From contig OX597830.1 of assembly GCA_951406725.2 (NCBI GenBank), positions 24,118,001-24,182,000 of the forward strand: a stretch of 64,000 nt of DNA. Direction: 5' to 3'. The translations under genes and the position numbers were made by a program. Positions 41,224 through 54,279 of the stretch are shown here, one piece after another. This DNA is from Octopus vulgaris. Its lineage: Eukaryota. The notes beneath the pieces are model-generated. The model ran no database searches, had not been told where the DNA came from, and saw only the letters and a program-made list of their open reading frames with translations. How positions within the stretch are numbered: position 1 is the stretch's first letter; each line of letters starts with the position of its first letter.

Positions 41224-42440
41224 TCATACACCTGAGATCCATCATGGCATCTGACGTGGCTTTTTAAACCAGACAATGTATTGAAAAGACATCCTCACAG
41301 ATCGCACATCTGACTTGGACCACCAAGACCTGCAGCCAAGCTCCGATCCCTGTGGATCCCAAAATTTCCCTTGAGGTCTCCGCCAGATCTGCAAACTCTA
41401 TGGTATACATAGCATTCAAAGATGTACACAGATATATAGGCAGAGCAGGTGGTGGAAGCTCGCCCCACCCCCCATGGGTCCCGAAACAATATATATATAT
41501 ATATATATCATTCAACTACGGTAGTCCACCATTTCGTCAATCGCAGCAGATTCCAAGCTTCACCTCTAATTCAGTTCTCAACTAAATTGCAAACTGTTAA
41601 CAGTTTTAAAGAAGACACCTCCTCAGCTACACTTTGGTATAAACAGTTTGAGTAGAAAAAAGTTGCATCAAAATATGTCAGGTCTAAAGGTGGTCAGTAA
41701 GGCACCTATTCATCTTCAATTAACATAATTTTTTTTTATTTTAGAATAAAAGTATACTTTTCTTAGGCTTAAATGATAGAAAAATGCATGAGGAATTCAG
41801 AATCGTTAGTCGCATTGAACAAAAAATTAATAGAAAAAAGTTATGAGGTGAAATGTCATGAAATTTATTGTCTGTAAGTGTGGAAGTAAGAAGTAATGCC
41901 CCAATAATGTTAAGATAAGAATATAATTTTAAAATGAATGCTTAAATTCTGGAGCGGCGAATTGGTAGAAACGCTATCCCGTTGATTTTTCACAAATCAA
42001 ATTTATATTAATGGGCTGTAGGTAATTTTAACTTGTGTATATCTGATATGCCTTTATAATTACTGCTGTATTGAACAATTATTAATACATCTAGATTAGT
42101 AGCAGTCAGTATTATTATTACCAGATCAAAATCTAGGTTACTTAAGGTGAGCCTGGTAACTGATGGTTTTGTGGTCTTGTTGTTTGTAACTTTTGGTGAG
42201 CCATGGTGCAACCAACAAGATTGTAAAATTCCCTGCCTTTAATTTGGTGTGGACGAGTAATATCAAATAACCCAATCACAACATATATTTAAATTAAACA
42301 TGAAAAAAATTGAAATATTATCATCACTTACATGGAAAAATTGAAACATTTTCGTTCAGTATTTTATAAGTTAAAATATTAAATCATTAATTGATACGTT
42401 ATTGATTTTCTTATAACAGCAATGCCTGGAAAAATCATGG

Positions 42441-43789
42441 ATTGCATGGAAAAATGCGAGTATGAAAAGTAATATTCTTAAGATTATAAAACGGAAAATG
42501 TACAGGACAAGTTATTACACCTGGAAAAGTATAGGACAAGCTATTACTTCTAGTAAACTAAAGAATAAGAAACTTTTTACGTAACATATTGCAGCTAAAA
42601 TTAAAATTTGAATATTAAAATTATTTTATTATAGTTTACACATAACACTCTACTTATTTAAGTAGAATTTGGCTAATTTACTACCTTAACCCCTTAATGG
42701 ATTACCCCAAGTTTACTCGTGCATCGTAAATGTATCTTTTTAAAACCAGAGGAGTATACTTAGTCAACTTTAACTTTTACTTTTAGCACTCAAACGAGTT
42801 TATTTGTTTTGTGTCGTTCCATTTTTGAGCAATCACGAATTTACTCGCATTGTCGTACACCTGGCAGCACATATTCTGGTGCCATTTCAAAGAATTTATG
42901 CTTCTGAGTTTTGAACTTTTACTTCAGTGCATACTCAGATTCAGGAGGAGGTTGGTGCCATTTTAGAACCGTCTCCTTTTGATTCTCTATTATTTATACA
43001 AATAAGAGAATTATTTACGCATTTTTTTTTTCTCAAAATGGATGAAGATTTAGATATATTCAGCGATCACGAAAGCGATTTTTCATTTCACGATCTGGAA
43101 AGCTCTGGGGATAAATTAGACACGTGTAGTTCAGACTCTGACAATTTTTCAGAAGACGACAAAGAAGATAATCAGATAGATGCACGTGCATGGCACGAAA
43201 TCAATTGCTTGCCCGATTCGAAGAAAAAGCAGATACATGTGTGATGTCTGCAAGATAACTTTGTTTTAAAAATCATCATTCTAAATAAACTGTCTATCTC
43301 ATTTTTAAAAACTTTTCCTTTGATTTAAAAGCAATACATCTTATAAAAAATCGAAGATAGTTGACTCGTTTAAATCCGAATGCGTAAAAGTACATTTTAA
43401 TTTCTATAATAAAAAATAAAAGAAGCAAGATGAAAAACTTTTTTTTTTTGTAATTAACACAGCGTATATAATTTTAAAAAGGGAATAAAAAATATGCTCT
43501 GAAATGAAACGCCATGTCAAAATAATTGATCCATTAAGGGGTTAAATACAGAAAAAAGCAACTAATTAGACAAACTTACAAATCAGCTGAACAGTTTTGT
43601 ACAAAAAATTTAAAAGATGAGAACTGTAAAGAGTGATAAATTAGAAGAACTGGCATTCTTTGCTGCAATATTTTAAGTAAAAAGTTTCTTATTCTTTACT
43701 TTATTAAAAGTAATAGCTTATCATATGTGCTTCTCCAGGTTTATAATCTTAAGAATATTACTTTTCATGCTCGCATTTTTCGATGGAAT
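42441..43789. mobile_element. Unclassified long-TIR foldback element hosting a piggyBac insertion
   Basis: 42441-42490 vs 43740-43789 inverted, 47/50 identical; looser inverted similarity extends to ~42600/43660. Confidence 0.8.
42690..43541 (+). mobile_element. Internally deleted piggyBac element
   Basis: TTAA TSDs (42686-42689, 43542-43545); 13-bp TIR CCCCTTAATGGAT; acidic N-terminus MDEDLDIFSDHESD... fused to a Cys-rich C-terminal remnant RKSRYMCDVCKITL; repeated AGTTTACTCG-like subterminal motifs. Confidence 0.92.
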
Positions 43790-43814
43790 ACATATATATA
43801 TATATATATATATA

Positions 43815-44022
43815 AACAAAGTTAATCCAAACAAGAAAGCACAAAAAAAACACAACAACGCGAGGACGTGGAACAAATATAGTATTATTTGACGCTCAGG
43901 AAAGAAGGAAAGAAGGAGGGTTTAATGTTTCGAGCAGAGCTCTTCGTCGGAAACTTAGGAGAAAGAAAGATCCAGAGAAGGGAAGAGAGAGGAAAAAAAT
44001 CGCCAACGGTACACACGCGGTC
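43815..44022 (-). mobile_element. ~205-bp (TA)n-inserted element with hammerhead-like motif (family H1)
   Basis: Near-identical to 60934-61136 with the same ends; motif at 43920-43954. Confidence 0.8.
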
Positions 44023-44128
<106 letters not shown>

Positions 44129-44598
44129 ACATGCACAAACACACAATATGTACTTACGCCTATGTGCTTATGTATGTGTGTGTATCAATGTTATATGTCA
44201 ACTGAACATAGCGTAACTTCGCTAAAGGCAGGCATTTATTCAGAGAGAGTGCTCGATAAGTTGCTAGAAATCAGTAGGAGCGATGATCAATGTATGTGTT
44301 AAAAGAATGAACGGAACCAATGAATTTCAAATGCACTGATCTAAAAAATATGACCGCACTTCACCAATAGTAAACACATTATCTCACACACACATTATCG
44401 CTCTTTCTGTTCGCCTTTCTCTTTCCTACATTCTTTCTTTCTCTTTGCTTTCCCTCTCTCTCTCTCTCTCGGTCTCTTTATATACATGTACATATATATG
44501 TATATATATATATATTTATATATATATATATATTGATATATATATATATGCATATGCATATATATATATACATATATACATGTATATATGCATGTGTA

Positions 44599-44679
<81 letters not shown>

Positions 44680-44742
44680 GCGCATTCGTAGACAGCTCTC
44701 ACACACAAGCAACTTCTGTCCATTCACATACACATGTCTATA

Positions 44743-44838
<96 letters not shown>

Positions 44839-45679
44839 TATGTATATACATATACCTGTACATATATATAAGTGTGTGTGTGTGTGTGTGTGTGTACACT
44901 TACACGCTCATGCATTTCTTGATACATTGATCATATTTAATTTGAATAAGCGCATATACAATTGATAATAATATGCAAGTATATACATACGTAGATATTC
45001 GTACGCATATTCGATGAATTAATACGAACCTATCCATATAAAACCTTATAGACAACTACAAGTATTGCAAATTGTAATGCTACTCTAATTTATTAAACTT
45101 TCTCAATAGAAATTTCACTGTCTCTGCAACACATTTATTCTATCTCTGGTAATGTGGAATGAGATCTCTTCGATCTTTGGCCCATTCCTGTTGGTTTCTA
45201 TGCCGCCAACTCATGATGTCAAGAACCGTAATTTGTTTTAAGTTCAACAGCGGCTATTGAGGTGAAATATCAATCGAAATATCACTCGAGATAATGAGTA
45301 TACCGTATGTACTTGATAAATACTCCGTAAATTCTTATAATCTATCAATCTCTCTGTCTGCCGGTCTCTCTGTCTGTATGTCGGTCGAACATTCAATGAT
45401 TTTATTCTATACACATAACTTCATATATACACACGTGTACATATACGTATTTATGTGTGTGTGTGTATGTATATGTATATATATGTGTGTGTGTGTTTGT
45501 GTGTAAAAGTATGTACATATATATATATATTACATATGCGTGTCTATTTATATGCAAATACATATATTGATAGATAGATTGATAGGTAAAGTACATGCAC
45601 ACATACACACATACATACATGCATATACACATACATGCATGCATGCATACATACATACATACATACATACATACATACA

Positions 45680-45713
<34 letters not shown>

Positions 45714-46036
45714 CATACGTACGTACGTACGTACGTACATACACATACATAGATATGAAGAAAGGCTCATAAGTATTTCACATCAAAAAGACAGATTTAC
45801 AGATACATGTATACATGCATTTATTCTTTTATACTTTAACTTGTTTCAGTCATGTGACTGTGGCCATGCTGGATCACCGCCTCAATTTCAAATATGGAAT
45901 GCTTCACGAATTTGCGTATCATCCTTGCTAATCTTCTCTGTATCGATCCAATTATAATATATGTACTGCCGAAGCAATATATATGAACTTAGCAGTACAT
46001 ACATACATACATACATACATACATTATATATATATA

Positions 46037-46222
46037 GTTGAAATTTATAGAAAAACAAATGACGAAGATATGTGTATGAATAACAAGCAAGGGTATTAGT
46101 TTGACGCTCGGGTAAATAAAAAAGTATTTTACGTTTCTAACCTATGCCTTTCAACAGAAAGGAATAAGGGAAAATAAACAGAGAGAGAATGAGAAAAAAA
46201 GACTTGTGGATTTAAGCGGTGT
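46037..46222 (-). mobile_element. Degenerate (TA)n-adjacent element with decayed hammerhead-like motif (family H2)
   Basis: Homologous to 51114-51312; CUUU-CUGUUGA-AAGGC-AUAG-GUUA-GAAACGUA-AAA. Confidence 0.65.
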
Positions 46223-46849
46223 GTCTAAACACGCATGCACGCACACGCACACACAAACATACAAACACACACATATACAATTACACACACAAATAGAACG
46301 GTGTGGAGATGTTTGCAAAATCCATCACACGTATTAACTACATCCAGTTGGGGCTCATTTGAATTCAATATTGCTCAAATTCATCTCTTGACATATAAAA
46401 CACTCAAAATATATACATGCATACATACGAGTGTATATGTGTGTGTGTTTGTGTGTGTGTGTGCGTGTGTGTTTGTGTGTGTGTGTCTGTGTGTCTGTGC
46501 GTGTATACAGAGAGAGAGAGGCATATATATATAAGGGAAAAAGTGAGAAAGCCTGTAAATGCATATACATACAGGTATAGGTTACATGATAGGCCTATGT
46601 CAATATTTATTTACGCATGCATAACATTTGAAATTCCAAGACAACACAGATAACGGGCTACATGTTTGTATTCGCCACCCGCATTAGATACGAGTAAAAT
46701 AAACGAAACGAAAGAAGGGAAAGATAACAACTCGGTGTACACAAACATATCGTCACATACGTATGTGTGTATATGCGTGCATGTATGTATGCATTATGGT
46801 ATGTATTATGCATGTGTATATGTATGTATGCACGAATGTATGTATGTAT

Positions 46850-46887
<38 letters not shown>

Positions 46888-47179
46888 CATGTGTGTTTAA
46901 TTATGTATGTAAATATATATGTATTTATATATATGTACATATGAATGGAAATGTTATATATATATATATATATATATGTACATTAGTGCATACATACATG
47001 GGTGGGGGGACAGTTTGCATGAATGTAACTTATGTTATTAAGAAGGATCACAAACTATGTACTGTTTCATGGATTAAAAAGAGGTTAATATGATTTTGGC
47101 TAGAAATCTTTTTTGGAGAATTGTAATTTCCGCCCCCCCCCCTCCCCGCATTTTTCACCGGAGAAAATTCTCTAAGAAG

Positions 47180-48700
47180 ACTAGACTTAACTACATATCC
47201 AAAAACACTACGCTTCGATCCTTCTATCATCTTATAAAAACCCACAAACCCGGACCTAAGATTAAAATTAGGCCCAGAGTATCAGGAATTAATCCTCCCT
47301 TCTATAAAATTTCTTGGCTCCTTTCTAAACTTCTGAAGCCCTTATTACACGCATTTCCCGGACACGTCAGCAGTTCCACACGAAATCTTCACAAGACTCA
47401 AAGATATCTTTCCCTCTATACTCAAAACTAACAAATACCCTTTCAGTTTATACGTAGTTTCTCTTTAAACCTCCGCACCTGCCCTCCCGGCTGTCGATAT
47501 CCTTATGGACCACATGACATCCTTCATATCCTTATCTCGCCCACATCCTCTTCCTCCTTACCTGTTTCTTCTTCTCCTTTCTTCTCCACTGTAACCTCTT
47601 CCTCTCTATTTTCTCTTTCATTTTCTCCTGCCTCCCCATCCATCAACCTCCAGCTTTTCGGTCTCACACCCTCTGACATACGAGAATTACTAACCATTAT
47701 AGTTTGTAACACTTAATTCCAATACCAATGGGATCTAACCTTTCAAGACTGCTGGCCATCACGTACATGGATAGGTTAGAACGCACAGCACTAAACACCT
47801 GCCGCACATGCATATTCTTCTCAAGATACGTTGATGATATCCTTATCAACACGTCTCCAAGGACGAGGCTATCAACATACACCAGACTTTCGATAACACT
47901 CACATATACATACGTGAGAAACGAAATTGCACGAATAAGCAGCAGATGCAGCGAAATGACCGCCAAAGTTACCAACCGCAAGCAGTTCCTCGGGGACCTA
48001 ACTCTGAATGGCTACCAACCATCATTAGCCAAACAACAGCACCTAAAGAATATCAGGATCAATAAATCCTGGAAGAACTCTCATACTCCCAAGTACGGCA
48101 TGTGCTTCCTAAAGCTACCACATTTTGATGACAGAACTACTGCTGCGATACAACATGCAATACGCAACGTACAGGTGATACACACCGGCCCATCCCTAAG
48201 AAAAGTTCTGAACACGAACACCGAGGAGTGCACATTATCAAATTGCCTCATCATGGACCTCAAAATGTGCCTGAGGATCTATGTTGTGCACGAGGTCAGC
48301 TACGGTAACTGTGGTGCATCCTTCATAGGGAGCTCAACAGCAAAACTATACATACGCATAAAAAAATTGCAGAGAGACACTTCCGCGAAGAAATATCTAC
48401 GAAAATGCTAGACCCGAGAGTTCACAGTGCACATCAGGGCAACACAGCGCAACAGAGGCAACCTTAGAATCTCCGAAACCATATTAATAGACAAACGGAA
48501 GCCGATTATCAACAACAGAAGAGAGTTACATGATGCTAGCTGGTTGCTATAACAACAGTCTCGTGCGCATATCTACTTCCCACATACTCACACACATGTA
48601 CATCTGCCACATTCGCTAATTCCTGAAGACGGAGACATAACCCTAAAATATTGAGTGCAGGCTAAGTCACCATCGATTCATATGCCCGTTTTCTTATGAT
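47180..48700 (+). mobile_element. Decayed Penelope-like retroelement (RT + C-terminal GIY-YIG)
   Basis: FYHLIKTHK..IRPRVSG, PMGSNLSRLLA, FSRYVDDIL, VVHEVSYGNCGASFIGSS..LYIRIKK and LRISETILIDKRKPIIN; frameshifts and internal deletions. Confidence 0.9.
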
Positions 48701-48853
48701 TTACCTTGGGTTTATTTCGCATTGTTCCAGTCTTACCTACGGATTTTGTATTTATATATATATATATATATATATACTCATATACACACATTTACGCAAA
48801 TATATATTCATACACACAATCATATATATATATATATATATATGTATGTATAT

Positions 48854-48893
<40 letters not shown>

Positions 48894-49772
48894 GCACATG
48901 AATATTTAAATATATATATATATACATATATATACACAAACATAGATATACATACATGTATACATATATACATGTATGCATAAACGAACAAGTGAAGTAA
49001 AGCCTATACATATATCATATGAAGAACATACACTTACATACATGAATGTATGTGTCTGAGAATTATGTTAAGGCGCGTTGTGGCTTTGCACCATGCGGTT
49101 TCGGGTCCTCTCCCCCAATACACAGTTTGGGTAAGCGTTTTACTACAGTACAGGACAATCAATGCCCTGTGAGTGTATTTGGCAGACAAAAACTTCATGT
49201 ATATATATATATGCGCGCGCGCGTAGGTGTGTGTGTGTGTATCAATAATACTAAAACTTTAAGGATGTTTCTGTGTAACCGAAATATCTCAGAAATAGTA
49301 TACTAAATTTTTTCCATTTTTATTTTCATACTTACCTTCGGTAGTGCAGTACAAATTTTTGTGGTATCTTGACCTCTATTTATAAATGAAAACGATTAAA
49401 CCCAATTTTTGTTTGTTATTTCTTGGCAAAAATAAAAACATGACTTCCGTGACGTCAATACAGATACACACATACAGAATAAACACTCATATAATGAATG
49501 TCATGGCGTGTCAATCAACGCAAATACACGTCTGCTATCAGTGACATATACACACAGATAGTCTTCGCACTGTCTGAGAAAATAAAAAAACGTCGAATAT
49601 TTGACGTACACAAAATTTTAATTATTTAGAAATATTTTGAACTGGATGTTATTTCAAAAAAGTTGTTTGTACAGTAAGTATTTATATTTGAGTTTTTTTT
49701 TAAACAGACAATATTTTAATGTTTTTTTTCATTATTTTCAAGCGAATGGCGATCTTTCGCTTTTTTCCGGAG

Positions 49773-50546
49773 TTCGTTAATTTCCGTAAATTTTTTTCTT
49801 TTTTATTTACATTTGTTTTAAAGTGAAAGAGAGGAGAAAGTGAAAGATGTATGTACGTGTGTATGAAATGGACGTTTGTGTGTGAAAGAGAGATTGAAAA
49901 TGAGAGAGAGAAAAAGGGAGAGAGGAAGAGACAGAGGGAGAGAGAGAGAGTGAGTGACGGGGTGTGTTGACATGTATACATACATATATCAATACATATA
50001 CTCTTTTACTTGTTTCAGTCATTTGACTGTGGCCATGCTGGAGCACCGCTTGTAGTCGAGCAAATCGACCCCAGGACTTATTCTTTGTAAGCCTAGTACT
50101 TATTCTATCGGTCTCTTTTGCCAAACCGCTAAGTTACGGGGATGTAAACAAACCAGCATCGGTTGTCAAGCGATGTTAGGGGGGACAAACACAGACTCAC
50201 AAACGTATGCACACACACACATTATATGTATATATATAATATATATACATATATACGACGAGCTCCTTTCAGTTTCCGTCTACCAAGTCCACTCACAAAG
50301 CTTTGGTCTGCCCGAGGCTATAGAAGTCACCTACCCAAGGTGCCACGCAGTGGGACTGAACCCGGGACCATGTGGTTCGTAAGCAAGATACTTACTACGC
50401 AGCCACTCCTCATCTATTTTGAATTTATGCCTGTATGTGTGTGTGTGTGTGGGAGAGAGAGAATGAGTGAGTGAACGTGTGTGTTCCCATGTACGTGTAA
50501 GTGGTTTCTCTCACACACACGCACACACACGCGCGCACACACAAAA

Positions 50547-50580
<34 letters not shown>

Positions 50581-50698
50581 GCACACACACACATACACAT
50601 GACCATTTGATATACACGTTCATATGCCTTTCAGTTTCTCCTCTCTTTCACTTTAAAACAAAAATATATACATAATTTTTTTTACGGAAATTAACGAA
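49773..50698. repeat. Pair of ~100-bp inverted repeats (49773-49871 / 50603-50698) enclosing SSRs and a SINE
   Basis: TTCGTTAATTTCCGTAAA...TTTGTTTTAAAGTGAAAGAGAGGAGAAA present in inverted orientation. Confidence 0.8.
49998..50410 (-). mobile_element. Full-length group B SINE
   Basis: Reverse complement of the 26641-type element. Confidence 0.9.
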
Positions 50699-50843
50699 TA
50701 AAACCAGCTGATCTGGATGACAGCTCGGAGAGCCAAAGTGACAGTTTTGAGAGCCAAAGTGAAAGATGGCCCCAAGGGGATACCATTACAAAGATTTTTT
50801 CGAGTGCATTCAACTTATGTCAACTCCAAACATTTGGTTGTTA

Positions 50844-50930
50844 TTTCTAGCACGCCCTGCTACCACGTAACAGTTATTTGCGATAAAGGACCCGAAATAT
50901 CTGTTACGTGGTAGCAAGGCGTGCAAGAAA
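50844..50930. other. 87-nt hairpin (36-bp arms, 33/36 matched, 15-nt loop)
   Basis: TTTCTAGCACGCCCTGCTACCACGTAACAGTTATTT / AAATATCTGTTACGTGGTAGCAAGGCGTGCAAGAAA. Confidence 0.9.
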
Positions 50931-51073
50931 CTGCTGCCAGGTCTTTTCTTTTCCGGGGAAAGGAACTGTTTACGCGTTATGTCGATGTCACATTCGTTGA
51001 AAGCATTCGAAATAACTTGGAAAAGAAAAAAAATCCCACGAAACAAAACTCCGTTGATGGGAAACTCAGTCTT

Positions 51074-51113
<40 letters not shown>

Positions 51114-51115
<2 letters not shown>

Positions 51116-51312
51116 CGGGAAGGTTTACGAAAATAAACAAAAGACGAAGGCAGGTGGAGTACACACAAACAAATGTATTAGTATGGCGCTCAGAAATAGA
51201 AATAGAACAAGTCTTTTACGTTTCGAGCCTACGCTCTTCGACAGAAAGAAACACAAAAAAACAAAAACAAGGAGAGAAACAAGGAGGGAAAAAATGCGTG
51301 TAGGAGCTAACG
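51114..51312 (-). mobile_element. ~200-bp (TA)n-inserted element with hammerhead-like motif (family H2)
   Basis: (TA)n on both flanks; motif at 51212-51249. Confidence 0.75.
51212..51249 (-). ncRNA. Minimal type I hammerhead-like motif (A6U variant)
   Basis: UCUUU-CUGUCGA-A-GAGC/GUAG/GCUC-GAA-ACGU-A-AAAGA. Confidence 0.6.
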
Positions 51313-51385
<73 letters not shown>

Positions 51386-51622
51386 AAGAGAGAGAGAGAG
51401 GGAGAGAGAGCAAAAGAAAAAATTCCTATGCCAATTATGCGGAGAAATAGACTTTAAATCGCCAATAACCACATATAGTTCGTCACTAAAAGCACGCGTC
51501 TCGAAGCAAGCTGACAGAAATTTCTAAAAAATTCCGTTATTACCGAATCGGTCCGATTTCTGAGTTAATTCACAAGGAATTTTCTCGTCATCAACGGTAA
51601 ATATACATATATATATATATAT

Positions 51623-51658
<36 letters not shown>

Positions 51659-52269
51659 ATATATATATGTACATATGTATGTATATATATTTGTATATGT
51701 ATATGTATACATATTTATATATGTTTTGTGTGTTTTTATGTTTGTCCTTCACCGCTTGACCAGCAGAGTTGGTTTTTTTACGTCCCTCTAATCCAGCGGT
51801 TCGGCGAATCGGACCTGTAGAACAAGAAGTAGACTAAAAAAAAAAAAAAAAGAAATATAAATATCGGCAGTGTTTTGCTCATCTAAACACCTTCGTGACA
51901 GTGCCCCAGCAAGGCCGCATCCCAGTGACTGAAAACAAATAAATGATAAAAGAGAATGTTTCACACTTGTGTGTTGAATACATTAATAGAAAGAGTTGAT
52001 AATTCGCTTGATCGAACAAGCGAATCCTCTTTGCCAAACGACGGAGGACCACAATTGCGTTATAATTTGTAGCAATGCAATGTTTGCTTACTTTTGTGCA
52101 ACAAGAATTTCCATTGTAATTCCCTGAAAGGGAGTCTCAAAGTCTCAGAGAAGCTGATCTGTCAACTTATGGATGGGTTTTATGTGTTTTAAGGGACAGA
52201 CAATGCACTTAGGAAAAACTAAGGACCAGGAAAACTAAGGGAAATACTGTCAGATCAGCAAAATAAAGA

Positions 52270-52817
52270 CTGTGTGGTGGTTGTGGTGGTGGTGGTGCTG
52301 AGGGTGTTATCGATGGTGCGAGTAATGGCGATGTTGGAGGTGAAAGGATGACTCTAATGGAGCTGGTGGTAGTGATGGATGATTATGGTGGTGGTGGTGG
52401 TGGTGGTGGTGGTGGTGGTGGTGGTGGTGGTGGTGGTGGTGGTGGTGGTGGTGCATATGGTAGTGCTGTTGGGGGTTTTGTTTTCCGCGCCAAGAATTCT
52501 TCTGCGTTTTGGCTAACATTTTATTGCAACACATGTTAAAACGTGTTGCAATAAAGTGCATTGTGTTGCAGAGGTGCACCATATTTGTTTGCCCGTGGGA
52601 TAGATTGTTGTTTACATTGGTGGCGGTAGTAGTAGTGGTGGTGGTGGTGGTGGTGGTGGTGGTGGTGGTAGTGGTGGTGGTGGTGGTGGCGGCGGCGGCG
52701 GCGGCGGCGCCGGTGGTGGTGACGATGGTAGTGATAGCGGTAGCGAAGGTGGCGATTGTGGTGGTGGTAGTGGGGGTGATAGAAGTAGCAGCAGCAGCAG
52801 TAGCAACAGCAGTAGTG

Positions 52818-52894
<77 letters not shown>

Positions 52895-53375
52895 TCTTGC
52901 GATGGAAGCTTTATGCTCTTCGTCTTGTTGCTGATGAATGTGGTGAGTGGTGGCTGTGATGATGGTAGTGGTGAGGGTAGTAGTGGAGTTGATGGTATTG
53001 GTAGTGGTGACGGTTGTAGTCATGGAAGGTGGTACGGTTGCTGGTGATGGAGCTGTGAGTGCGGTGCTGATGGTGACGGTGGTGGTGGTGGTGGTGGTGG
53101 TGGCGGTGGTGGTGGCGGTGGTGGTGGTGGTGGCGGCGGCGGTTGGGATGGTGGTGGAGTTGGGGTGGTGGTGGTGGCGGCGGCGGTTGGGATGGTGGTG
53201 GAGTTGGGGTGGTGGTGGTGGCGGCGGCGGTTGGGATGGTGGTGGAGTTGGGGTGGTGGTGGTGGTGGTGGTGATGGTGATGGAGACTGTGGCGGCAGCG
53301 GCAGCGGCGATGGTGACGGTGTTACGGGTGGTGGAGTTGGGGTGGTCCAGTGATGATGGTGATGGTGGTAGTGAC
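52270..53375. repeat. (GGT)n/(GGC)n/(AGT)n low-complexity region
   Basis: Direct inspection; interrupted by unique sequence at ~52460-52620. Confidence 0.9.
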
Positions 53376-53846
53376 GGGGTCGGCGCAGAGAGAAACCAGG
53401 TAATATTCATGCAGGTGTGAGAAAATTTCAAAGGTAATGCGAATAGATGAATGGAATCGACCAGATTTGGATGTTGTATAACATCCACGGGAGGGAGAGA
53501 GGTATGGAGAGGGGTACAGAGGAGATGAGGGGTGGAAGGAATGAAAGGGTGGAGGATAGAGAATGGTTGAGATGGACGGAGGAGGAAGAATAGAAATGAC
53601 GAGTGAAAGAGAGAGAGAGGGAGAAGGAAAAGAGAAAAGGGGAGAGGGAGAGAAACCGAAGGAGAAACGGAAAGAGCCAGAAGGAGGGAGGGGGAAAAGG
53701 GAGAAAGATGTGAAGAAAAGTGAGAGGGAAAGAGAGAGAGATGAATGGTAGAAAGAAGGGGAGGAGTGGGGTACGAGAGGAACGGAAAGAGACAGGGAGA
53801 GCAGTGAGTGAGGAAAGGGTGAAAGAGAAATAAAGGAAGTGCGTTG

Positions 53847-53889
<43 letters not shown>

Positions 53890-54242
53890 AAAAGAGAGAG
53901 AGAGAGGCTTGAGAGAGAAAGAAACAGAAGGCGGTGAGAGAGGGAGAGAGAGGCGAGAAGAAGAGAGCATGCTGAAAGAGAGAGAAAGCGTTGGAAAAGA
54001 AAGAGAGAGAGAGGATTAGAGATAGAGAAAGAGAAGAAACACGGAATGGAGACAGAGAGAGAGAGAGGAGGAGGAGGAAAAGAGAATGAAGGAGTTAGAA
54101 CGTGATGGAGAAGGGGGACGCAATACGTGAGAGAAGGCTGGAGGGAGGGGGAAAGACAGAGGCATATTTCTAGATGAGATTCATATTAACGAATGATCGA
54201 TTGGTGCTAATATATTAACAGGTAGCTTAGACACACACACAT

Positions 54243-54279
<37 letters not shown>

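Noticed and set aside
41226-41490. GC-richer coding-like stretch (also 63700-64000)
   Set aside because: Weak resemblance to decayed LINE 3' ends with broken frames; not assignable by eye
42927-43244. 105-aa acidic ORF as a host gene
   Set aside because: Lies inside the piggyBac TIRs; it is a transposase N-terminal remnant
52307-53488. 393-aa Thr/Pro/His-rich ORF on the minus strand
   Set aside because: Mostly (ACC)n/(ACT)n/(GCC)n trinucleotide repeats with no recognisable domain; cannot be supported as a CDS without expression data
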